A stretch of 64,000 nt of DNA from a bacterium (GTDB lineage: Bacteria; Planctomycetota; UBA1135; UBA2386): contig JANSXC010000001.1 of NCBI GenBank assembly GCA_024743115.1, forward strand, positions 117,628 through 181,627. Reading direction: 5' to 3'. The translations under genes and the position numbers were made by a program. The notes under the pieces were generated by a model. That model searched no databases. It saw nothing but the letters and a program-made list of their open reading frames with translations, and had not been told where the DNA came from. This document shows, one piece after another, positions 28,208-35,694 of this stretch (position 1 is its first letter; each line of letters opens with the position of its first letter).

Positions 28208-31200
28208 ATGGCGCGAACGCCCGACGTTACCGAACTGTGCGAGCTCGTTGCGGCGGAGCCGTTCGTGCGGGCTCTGGCCCGCGATCTGGTCGCGGACGAG
28301 GCCGACGAGGTCGTGCAGCAGGCCTACCTGTTGGCCTTGTCGAGCCGCCCCGACGGGCTGCGGTCACCGCGCCAGTGGCTCGCGCGAATCGTTCGCAACG
28401 TCGCGTTCGATCTGCGGCGAGGACGGCGGCGGCGGCGGGACCACGAAGCCGCGGCGGCGCGTGAGTTGACGGTGTCTTCGGCTGATCTGCAGCTGCGCGA
28501 AGAGCGGCGCGCGGAGGTCGTGGCAGCGGTCGATGCGTTGCCTGAGCCGATGCGAACCTCGGCGGTGCTGCGGTACTACGATGGTCTCGCGCCGCGGCAG
28601 ATTGCGCAGAAGCTCGGGGTGCCCGTCAGCACGGTCTGGAGTCGGCTGCACAAGGCGTTGACCCTCCTGCGTGAACGCCTGGACCGCGAGCATGCCGGCG
28701 ATCGGCGCGCGTGGCTCTTGCCGTTTCTCGGGCTGGCGAATGGTGCCTTGCCGTCGGCCCCGGTCTGCGAGCCTTCGCCGTCGCCATCGTCATCAACTCC
28801 ATCCGTGCCAGTGTCGCAGGTGCCGGCAGCGCAGTTGATCGGAGAGTCCGCTCGCGCCATCTGGCCGAGTCTTGCAGCGGGAGTCGCAACCATGACCACG
28901 AAGGGGAAACTCGGAATCATCTTGGGACTGGTTACCGCCGGTGCGATCGCAATCCTGGCGACCCTCGGAGAGGGGGCGCCGACCGAGCGAGCGCAACCGC
29001 CGCGGGACGCGGCAGCGCCCGCGCGCGTTGCTGCCCTGGATGCGGGTGGCGCCGACGAATCCGAGCCGACACTGACCAGGGAGGCGCCAGCGGACGGCAC
29101 TGGGGGCGTGGTTCCCGCCCGAGCGTCTACCGCCACGGGGGCGTTGCGGGTTCGGGTGGTCTATGGCGACGAGCGCAGCGTTGCGGCGGGGGTTCGACTC
29201 CTGCTGTCGTCACAGGCCGCGGCTTCGCCGCGGATGCTCGTCACGGACGCGGCTGGCACCGCCCGGATTGCGGATCTCGAGCCGGGGAGGTTCGAGATCT
29301 GTCCGGCGGTCAACGTCTGGGAGGGTGAGAGCGTGGCCGTGGTAGCCGGCGAGGAGGCCGAAGTTGTCGTGGCTCTGAAGGCCGGGCTCCGGGTCGACGG
29401 AGTGGTCGTCGATGCGGGCGGCGTACCCGTGGCCGACGCGACCGTGCTCGTCAACCACATCGGCATGGAGGGGGATGCGCGACCGGTGACCACCACGGAC
29501 GCGAACGGGCGGTTCGGGTTGGTCGGACTCGCGCGAGTCAGCCGCCTCGGCGCTCGGGCCGCCGGGCACGCGCCGTCACGGCTCTACTCGTTGAACGCCA
29601 AGGACGGCAGTTCGCTGACCGTGCGGTTGGAGTTGGCCGGTCCCGGAGGCGCTGTCGAGGGGCGGGTGTTCGCGGCGGATGGTGAACCGTTGGCGGGTGC
29701 GCTCGTGCGGGTCGGCACGGACCCGGGTGAGACCGTCGTGCGGCCGGACGGCGGGTTCTTGCGCAGCGCGGCGGCGTTCGCCGTTCGCACCGACGTCGCC
29801 GGGCGCTTTCGCGCGTTCGGGATAGCGCCGGGGGAGCAGAGATTGGTGGTGATCGCGAGTGGGCACTCGCCATGGGAATCGACGGTGACCGTGCCGCCGA
29901 AGGGAACGGCGGTGGTCACCGTGCGGCTGGACGCGGGCGTGCGCGTCACGGGTTTGGTTCGCGGGGCGGATGGGCAGGTGGTGCCGGGCACGCGCATCGA
30001 GCATGGCAAGGGCGAGAAGCGCCGCAGTGCCGTCGCGGACGAGCAGGGGCGGTTCGAGCTGGTGGGGCTGCCGGTCGGTGAGTTCGAACTGGTGGCTGTT
30101 TCAGAACGGGCGGGACGCGCCACGACTACGCTCACGGCGGTCGCGGGTCAGGAACTGATCTGGAACCCGACGCTGACGCGCGGTCTGGAGTTGTTCGGTG
30201 ACGTGGTCGATCACGCCGGCGAGCCGATGGCGAACGTGATGCTCATCGTGAGCTGCCGCGCTCGGCAGTGGAGCGCCATGGCCCAGACGGATGCGGGCGG
30301 TCGCTTCGAGGTTTCGAACTGTCCGGCCGCGACGACACTCGAGGTCGAGGTGCATCATCGGGGATACCGGTCGCAGCGACTCGAAGCGGTGGATCCGACG
30401 GTTGGACGGCTCCGCGTGCGGCTCGAAGCCCAGGCGCCGGGGACCGCGTCGGTACGCGGGCGGGTGGTGAATGCGGCGGGACTGCCACTCGCCAACGCGA
30501 CCGTGATGCTCGTTGGCGAGTCGGAGGACTCCGGTGGTGGCCGCCGGATGACGGGACCGGATGGTGTCTTTCAGATCGGGCCGACGATTCCCGGGAAGTT
30601 CCAGCTGCTGGTCCGGGCCAATGGTCATGCCGCCATGCGGACGGCCTGGCGGGTGTTGGCCGCGCACGAGACGTGGGAGGCCGGGGATGTCGCGCTGAGC
30701 CGCGGCGGGCACGTCGAGATCGCGGTGACCAACCCGCCGATCACCGAGGGCACGCGGTTCTGGATTCGCGGTGCGGATGCCCGAGGGCGCGCGCATGTCG
30801 ACGTGAGCAAGGGGATGACTCGATCCGCCCCGCTCGTGGCCGGGGACTACGTTCTCGGCGTGCGCGGGCCAGGGGTTGCCGCGCAGGCGCTGCCCGTGAA
30901 GGTCGAGGATGGGCGTGTGACCGAGGTGGAGGTCACGCTGCGATCCGGCGTCGACACCCGCTTCCGGGTGCAGTTGCCGCCCGGGTTTGCCGGTCGACGA
31001 TTCGTGAGGCTCACGATTCGCGTGGTCGATGGGGGCGGGGCCGGGTCTCCTGGTGACCTCGTGACTGATCGGTGGCGTTATTCGCGAGGGACCGGCGCCA
31101 TCGAGTTGGCGGAGGCTCTCACCCCGGGGCACTACGTGGTCGACGTGCGCGCCGAGAGTGGGGGGCACGGTCGCTCGGAGTTCCGCGTCCGCGCGGAACC

Positions 31201-31234
31201 GGCGGCTGACCCCGTGCGCGTCGTGCTGCGATGA
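28208..31234 (+). CDS. ECF sigma factor fused via one TM helix to ~8 extracytoplasmic carboxypeptidase-regulatory-like (CarboxypepD_reg-type) repeats
   Basis: Track ORF 28115-31234, started at the ATG at 28208. Region 2: EADEVVQQAYLLAL...PRQWLARIVRNVAFDLRRGRRR. Region 4: LPEPMRTSAVLRYYDGLAPRQIAQKLGVPVSTVWSRLHKALTLLRERL (nt ~28208-28687). A P/S-rich linker follows. TM helix: KLGIILGLVTAGAIAILATL (nt ~28907-28966). About 750 aa of repeats follow, of the type G.V.d..G.P..gA.V........tD..GRF.l.gl..G.y (for example TDANGRFGLVGL, ADEQGRFELVGLPVGEFELV, TDAGGRFEVSN, GPDGVFQIGPTIPGKFQLLV). Confidence 0.8.
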   Translation: MARTPDVTELCELVAAEPFVRALARDLVADEADEVVQQAYLLALSSRPDGLRSPRQWLARIVRNVAFDLRRGRRRRRDHEAAAARELTVSSADLQLREERRAEVVAAVDALPEPMRTSAVLRYYDGLAPRQIAQKLGVPVSTVWSRLHKALTLLRERLDREHAGDRRAWLLPFLGLANGALPSAPVCEPSPSPSSSTPSVPVSQVPAAQLIGESARAIWPSLAAGVATMTTKGKLGIILGLVTAGAIAILATLGEGAPTERAQPPRDAAAPARVAALDAGGADESEPTLTREAPADGTGGVVPARASTATGALRVRVVYGDERSVAAGVRLLLSSQAAASPRMLVTDAAGTARIADLEPGRFEICPAVNVWEGESVAVVAGEEAEVVVALKAGLRVDGVVVDAGGVPVADATVLVNHIGMEGDARPVTTTDANGRFGLVGLARVSRLGARAAGHAPSRLYSLNAKDGSSLTVRLELAGPGGAVEGRVFAADGEPLAGALVRVGTDPGETVVRPDGGFLRSAAAFAVRTDVAGRFRAFGIAPGEQRLVVIASGHSPWESTVTVPPKGTAVVTVRLDAGVRVTGLVRGADGQVVPGTRIEHGKGEKRRSAVADEQGRFELVGLPVGEFELVAVSERAGRATTTLTAVAGQELIWNPTLTRGLELFGDVVDHAGEPMANVMLIVSCRARQWSAMAQTDAGGRFEVSNCPAATTLEVEVHHRGYRSQRLEAVDPTVGRLRVRLEAQAPGTASVRGRVVNAAGLPLANATVMLVGESEDSGGGRRMTGPDGVFQIGPTIPGKFQLLVRANGHAAMRTAWRVLAAHETWEAGDVALSRGGHVEIAVTNPPITEGTRFWIRGADARGRAHVDVSKGMTRSAPLVAGDYVLGVRGPGVAAQALPVKVEDGRVTEVEVTLRSGVDTRFRVQLPPGFAGRRFVRLTIRVVDGGGAGSPGDLVTDRWRYSRGTGAIELAEALTPGHYVVDVRAESGGHGRSEFRVRAEPAADPVRVVLR

Positions 31235-31268
31235 GCGCGTCGGCCTTCGGAAGCCTGGTAGCGGAGAT

Positions 31269-31967
31269 TTATCCCAGCTGGCGAGCGAGGAACTGCGCGG
31301 TCCTGCCCCACAGGTCGTGCCAGTCCGCGGCGCGCATCATGTGGCCCGACTCCGGATAGACGTGCAGCTCGGCGCCGTAGGCGGCTGCGAACGCCCGACC
31401 CGGCGCGGGGTCTACGTTCTCGTCCCGGCCGGCGAGGCCGAGCAGCAGTGGTGGGCGGCCGGGTGTGATCGTGTCCGGGGCGACGAGATCGGTTCCCGTC
31501 AGGAGCGCCGCGACCGCGGCGAACGGGCTCGGGGGCCGCAGTGTCGCCAGTGCGGCGAACCCGCCCATGGAGATGCCGACCAGTCCGACCCGGTCGATGC
31601 CGCGGGATCGGCGGTGGTCGGCGAGATCGAGAACCTCCTCCGCGTGCTGCTGCGCGATTCCGAGGATGGCTGCGCGGCGGGAACTCGGGTCGAGAGCATC
31701 GAGTTCGGTGAGGCGTCCATCCTGCCGCTCCCCGTGTCCCGGGGCATCCGGCAGCAGCACCTCGGTGTCCGCGGTGACGAGCGCGCGGGCATCGTCGCGA
31801 TGCACCGCGCCACTGGCGCCGTAGCCGTGTAGCAGAATCACCGCGGCCTTGGCGACTCCGGGGCAGGGCAGGCGCTCGACGGCGTCGCGCGGGATTCCGG
31901 ATGGCGCCGTCTGGAACGGATCAGCTGTTTCTCGACGCCGTGAGTTGGGGATCTTCGCTGCCGCCAT
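31269..31967 (-). CDS. Alpha/beta hydrolase (dienelactone hydrolase / carboxylesterase-like)
   Basis: 232-aa ORF with an ATG start. Motifs: AAVILLHGYG, nucleophile elbow GISMGG, C-terminal YPESGHMM. The annotated start overlaps the SulP 3' end by 47 nt, so the true start may be further downstream. Confidence 0.75.
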   Translation of the reverse strand: MAAAKIPNSRRRETADPFQTAPSGIPRDAVERLPCPGVAKAAVILLHGYGASGAVHRDDARALVTADTEVLLPDAPGHGERQDGRLTELDALDPSSRRAAILGIAQQHAEEVLDLADHRRSRGIDRVGLVGISMGGFAALATLRPPSPFAAVAALLTGTDLVAPDTITPGRPPLLLGLAGRDENVDPAPGRAFAAAYGAELHVYPESGHMMRAADWHDLWGRTAQFLARQLG

Positions 31968-33561
31968 CGATAGCTCCGGCGCTGTCGCCGTTGGTCGCCC
32001 GCACGCGATTGCGCATCGGAACCGGGACGTCCGATTGCTCGTGGATCATGCGGACCTCGATGTCGCGTCGGCTCGCGATGTCGCGGAAGTCCTCGATCAC
32101 CTCGAGGACGTCGTGGTCCAACACGACTGCGGCACTCGTGTCGATCTCGACGATCGAGCCATGTGGTACCGCGTCGAGTTCCTTTACGATCGCGCCCTTG
32201 TTCAGGAACGTGACCTCCTCGGACAAGCGCATGCGGATCAGATGCCGTTCATCCGGCATCGTCGAGTCGTGGATGTGCAGGAAGTGCGAGTTCTGGTAGT
32301 TGCGGCGCAGGATCACGAAGATCGCGACTGCGAGGCCGACGCCGATGCCCGTCAGAAGATCGGTCAGGGCGATGCCTAGGATCGTGACGATGAATGGCAC
32401 GAACTGCGATGCGCCGAGCGACCACATCTGCTTGAACAGCGCGGGCCGGGCGAGCTTGTAGCCGACCGTGAACAGGATGCTCGCGAGCACCGCGAGCGGC
32501 ACGAGGTTGAGCACACTGGGCACCAGCGCGACGAACAGCAGCAGCCACGCGCCGTGCAGGATCGCCGAGATCTTCGTGCGGCCGCCCGACTGGATGTTGG
32601 CCGAGCTGCGCACGATGACCTGCGTGACCGGCAGGCCGCCGATCAGTCCCGAGGCCATGTTGCCGACGCCTTGCGCCAGGAGTTCACGGTTGGTCGGGGT
32701 GACGCGCTTCTGCGGGTCGAGCTTGTCCGTCGCGGCGACGCACAGCAGCGTCTCGATGCTCGCGACGACCGCGATCGTGATCGCGGTGACCCAGACGGCG
32801 CTGTTGGTGATCTCCGACCAGGCGGGCATCGTGATGAGGCCCGACAGCTCCTCGAACGAGTTCGCAACCGGGACGCTGACGAGGTGGCTCGGGCTCAGCG
32901 CCCAGCTCGGCGCGTAGGCGCTCGTCGTGACCTGGTAGAGGATGCCGAAGATCACGGCTGCGAGCGGTCCGGGCAGAATGCGGAACACGACCGACTTCTT
33001 CGACAGGACGCGGTCCCAGAGGATCAGCATCGCCATCGCGATGACGGTGATCAGGACCGCGGCCGGCTCGACGTTGTCGAGCATGCGCCACAGGCTGGAT
33101 AGCGTGGTCTCGCCGGTGGGCTGCACGAACGAGAGCTCGCCTTCCGGGTCCTTGTCGTAACCGAACGCGTGCGGGATCTGCTTCAGGACGATGATGATCC
33201 CGATGCCGGCGAGCATGCCCTTGATCACGGATGACGGGAAGAAGTAGCCCAGCGTGCCCGCCCGGGCGATTCCCATGATGATCTGAAAGACGCCGGCGAG
33301 CACGACCGCGAGTAGGAACGTGTCGAAGCTCCCCAGCGATTGGATCGCGCCGAGCACGATCACGGCCAGGCCGGCGGCGGGGCCCGAAACGCCGAGCGGC
33401 GAGCGGCTGATCGAGCCGACGACCAGGCCACCGACAACTCCGGCGATCAGCCCCGAGAACAGGGGCGCACCCGACGCGAGTGCGATGCCAAGGCACAGCG
33501 GGATGGCGACGAAGACCACCACGATGCTGGCGGGGATGTCGTTACGGAGATTGTTGTTCAT
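31921..33561 (-). CDS. SulP-family inorganic anion transporter with C-terminal STAS domain
   Basis: Track ORF 31921-33567 starts at TTG. I use the ATG at 33561 (MNNNLRNDIPASIVVVFVAIPLCLGIALASGAPLFSGLIAGVVGG...). It has many TM segments. The C-terminal soluble STAS-like part is IRMRLSEEVTFLNKGAIVKELDAVPHGSIVEIDTS...VLEVIEDF. Confidence 0.9.
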   Translation of the reverse strand: MNNNLRNDIPASIVVVFVAIPLCLGIALASGAPLFSGLIAGVVGGLVVGSISRSPLGVSGPAAGLAVIVLGAIQSLGSFDTFLLAVVLAGVFQIIMGIARAGTLGYFFPSSVIKGMLAGIGIIIVLKQIPHAFGYDKDPEGELSFVQPTGETTLSSLWRMLDNVEPAAVLITVIAMAMLILWDRVLSKKSVVFRILPGPLAAVIFGILYQVTTSAYAPSWALSPSHLVSVPVANSFEELSGLITMPAWSEITNSAVWVTAITIAVVASIETLLCVAATDKLDPQKRVTPTNRELLAQGVGNMASGLIGGLPVTQVIVRSSANIQSGGRTKISAILHGAWLLLFVALVPSVLNLVPLAVLASILFTVGYKLARPALFKQMWSLGASQFVPFIVTILGIALTDLLTGIGVGLAVAIFVILRRNYQNSHFLHIHDSTMPDERHLIRMRLSEEVTFLNKGAIVKELDAVPHGSIVEIDTSAAVVLDHDVLEVIEDFRDIASRRDIEVRMIHEQSDVPVPMRNRVRATNGDSAGAIDGGSEDPQLTASRNS

Positions 33562-33642
33562 GAGCAATGAGCCCCGGGCCGCGGAAGAGGCATATCCTAC
33601 GGGGCGTTAATCAAACCCGGAAGGTGTCTTCGGCATTTCGGA

Positions 33643-33664
33643 ATCGGGAATCGAGATTCCCGAT
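33643..33664. promoter_or_regulatory. Perfect 10-bp inverted repeat ATCGGGAATC-GA-GATTCCCGAT in the SulP / wHTH-regulator divergent intergenic region (candidate operator)
   Basis: Read directly from the sequence. A third copy of the half-site GATTCCCGAT lies at ~33772-33781, about 13 nt upstream of a TATCAT -10-like hexamer (~33794-33799) facing the regulator gene. The ~300-bp intergenic region (33562-33874) is visibly less GC-rich than its surroundings. Confidence 0.4.
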
Positions 33665-33874
33665 CTGTAGAGACGTTCGAAGCCTTTTCCTGGCTGGGCC
33701 TTGGAGCGCCGGAATGCCCTGAAGCTGCCGATTCGGACTCAACCGGGATCTTTGCTCAACATAGGGGGCTGGATTCCCGATTCAGGATTCGTGTATCATT
33801 GCACGGGTGCGGAACGCACTCGCCGCGACGGCCGGTGCTCGATTCTTACTCTATTCGGCAAATAGGCGCGATCC

Positions 33875-34276
33875 ATGGCAGCCAGCCAGTCGACCTGGAC
33901 CTATCTCACCAACCATGCGCACGTGTTGCTGTGCCTCGCGCACGAGCCGACGGCGCGGTTGCGTGACGTCGCCGAGCGCGTCGGGATCACCGAGCGCGCG
34001 GTCCAGACGATCGTCACGGATCTCGAGGCCAGCGGCGCGATCACGCGCATTCGCGAAGGCCGGCGGAACCGCTATCGGCTGCATCACCAGATCGAGCTGC
34101 GCCACCCCGTAGAGGCGCACTGCACGATCGGGGACCTGATCGAGATGACCGGGGTTCCGGTGACTGGTCGGGCTTCGGGGCGGTCGAGTGGCTCACGCGC
34201 GGCCGGTGCGAACGGAAGTTTCGCGAACGGCAGTGGTGCGCCGGCCGCCGATGTGCGGCCGGGCGAGAGCCGCTGA
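33875..34276 (+). CDS. Winged-helix (ArsR/MarR-like) transcriptional regulator
   Basis: 133-aa ORF with an ATG start. HTH core: TNHAHVLLCLAHEPTARLRDVAERVGITERAVQTIVTDLEASGAITRIREGRRNRYRL. The C-terminal tail is Gly/Ser/Ala-rich. It is divergent from the SulP gene. Confidence 0.7.
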   Translation: MAASQSTWTYLTNHAHVLLCLAHEPTARLRDVAERVGITERAVQTIVTDLEASGAITRIREGRRNRYRLHHQIELRHPVEAHCTIGDLIEMTGVPVTGRASGRSSGSRAAGANGSFANGSGAPAADVRPGESR

Positions 34277-34298
34277 GGCGCTCACCCCCGGCGTCGGG

Positions 34299-35663
34299 TC
34301 ACAGCAGGATCGCGTAGGTGAGCGACGGGTATCGATTCGTGCCCGAGAAGACTTCGACGCGAACGTTCCATTCGAGCGGCGGGAGGAAGGTCGGAACGGA
34401 TTCGCTGTGTTTGAGGATGGTTGTTACCTGCGGGTCGACGAGATCGACACCCACAGGGCGGTCGTCGATGTAGTAGACGACCGTCACGAAGTTGGCGTTG
34501 CCCGGGATCGTGCGCAGATTGCCGACGAAGATATCGACCAGGTCTGTGCGTGTCGTCTGGTCGTAGGCGCGTGAGACCGCGACTTCGTAGTCCTGCCGTG
34601 GAGTGTTCTTGATGCCCTGTGGCATGCCGGTCCGGTGGTGGAACAGCTCTTCGAAGTCGGTGGTGTCGTCGCCGGGGTCGCCTGAGCACGCCGCTTCGAC
34701 CGATTCGCCAGTGTTCAGCTTGAGCGGTCCGCGTGCGAACGAGCCGCCACCCGGCGCGAGATACTCGCCGCGGTAGCCCTGGTCGTAGGCGAAGTCGGGT
34801 CCGAAGTTCGCGATCCAGAGCTCACGGCGCGCGGTGCGCGTGCCCACTAGGATCCGGTGCGAGTGCTCGTCGACGCAGAGCGCGGAGATTTCGTCGGTCG
34901 GATCGAGTCCGAGTTCGTCGTAGCGCTTGAACACGACCGGGGGCAGCCAGGTCGACCCATCGCGCTCGATCATCAGGATCGTCGCCGAGTGCTCGTCCTG
35001 TTGAACGCCGGACTCATCATAGAACCAGGCCGTGAGGTCGTATGCCGCGAGCGTGGCCGGTGAGATGGTGAAGTAGATGCGCTGGGAGAGTTCCTCGGCG
35101 TCGTCGGCAATCTCGTCGGTGAGCACGAGCCCGGCGAGCACGTGATCCATGCCCGAGATCCGGTTCAGGCCCATCCCGAGGCCGTCCCGGGCCTTCTCGA
35201 CGACGTCAACATAGTCGTCGGGGATCTCGCTGCCCGGGTGCCAGTAGGTAAAGATGTCGGCTTCGACGCCGCCGGGCCCGTTCAGCTCGCCGACGTACTG
35301 CGGGTCGCTGTTGTTGGTAATTCCGCCGACGACGAACTTGAGGAAGCCCCATTGCACGAGGCTGAACTCGATGTCGGCTTCCCCGGTCGTCTCGTTGCAC
35401 GGGATGCGATCGCCGCCAGCCGAGAATGCGCTCAGCTCGACGTTGGTACCGACGGTCGGCAGCATCTGGTTGCGATAGAATTGCGGGAGCAGCTGGCCGA
35501 ACAGAATCGGGTTCACGGGGCCCGGCCCCTGCGGCACGTAGCGCAGTTCGTTGGGGTTCGAAGCCGTGGGGTCCTGGACTACGGTGGCCTGCTCCATGAA
35601 GATTCCGGTGGGCGGGTCCTGCGGAGCAAGGCAGGCGAGTGCGGCGAGAGTCGTGGTTAGCAT
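34299..35663 (-). CDS. Hypothetical secreted protein
   Basis: 454-aa ORF with an ATG start and a short signal-like N-terminus (MLTTTLAALACLAPQ). Composition is well balanced (Y/F/W/D/E rich), unlike the shadow frames. No family recognised. Confidence 0.6.
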   Translation of the reverse strand: MLTTTLAALACLAPQDPPTGIFMEQATVVQDPTASNPNELRYVPQGPGPVNPILFGQLLPQFYRNQMLPTVGTNVELSAFSAGGDRIPCNETTGEADIEFSLVQWGFLKFVVGGITNNSDPQYVGELNGPGGVEADIFTYWHPGSEIPDDYVDVVEKARDGLGMGLNRISGMDHVLAGLVLTDEIADDAEELSQRIYFTISPATLAAYDLTAWFYDESGVQQDEHSATILMIERDGSTWLPPVVFKRYDELGLDPTDEISALCVDEHSHRILVGTRTARRELWIANFGPDFAYDQGYRGEYLAPGGGSFARGPLKLNTGESVEAACSGDPGDDTTDFEELFHHRTGMPQGIKNTPRQDYEVAVSRAYDQTTRTDLVDIFVGNLRTIPGNANFVTVVYYIDDRPVGVDLVDPQVTTILKHSESVPTFLPPLEWNVRVEVFSGTNRYPSLTYAILL

Positions 35664-35694
35664 GATGCGGTTCGGGTTTGGGGAAGGTGTTTGG

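Noticed and set aside
28650-28970. The possibility that the sigma-TM-repeat protein is an artefact of two adjacent genes (sigma plus anti-sigma) read as one
   Set aside because: The printed sequence has no in-frame stop, and no plausible internal start with a ribosome-binding site, between region 4 and the TM helix. The call is kept as a fusion, with a request for read-level verification.
31921-31967. 47-nt overlap between the SulP 3' end and the hydrolase 5' end, considered as a programmed or unusual overlap
   Set aside because: This is more simply explained by a later, possibly non-ATG, start for the hydrolase. Nothing in the sequence indicates recoding.
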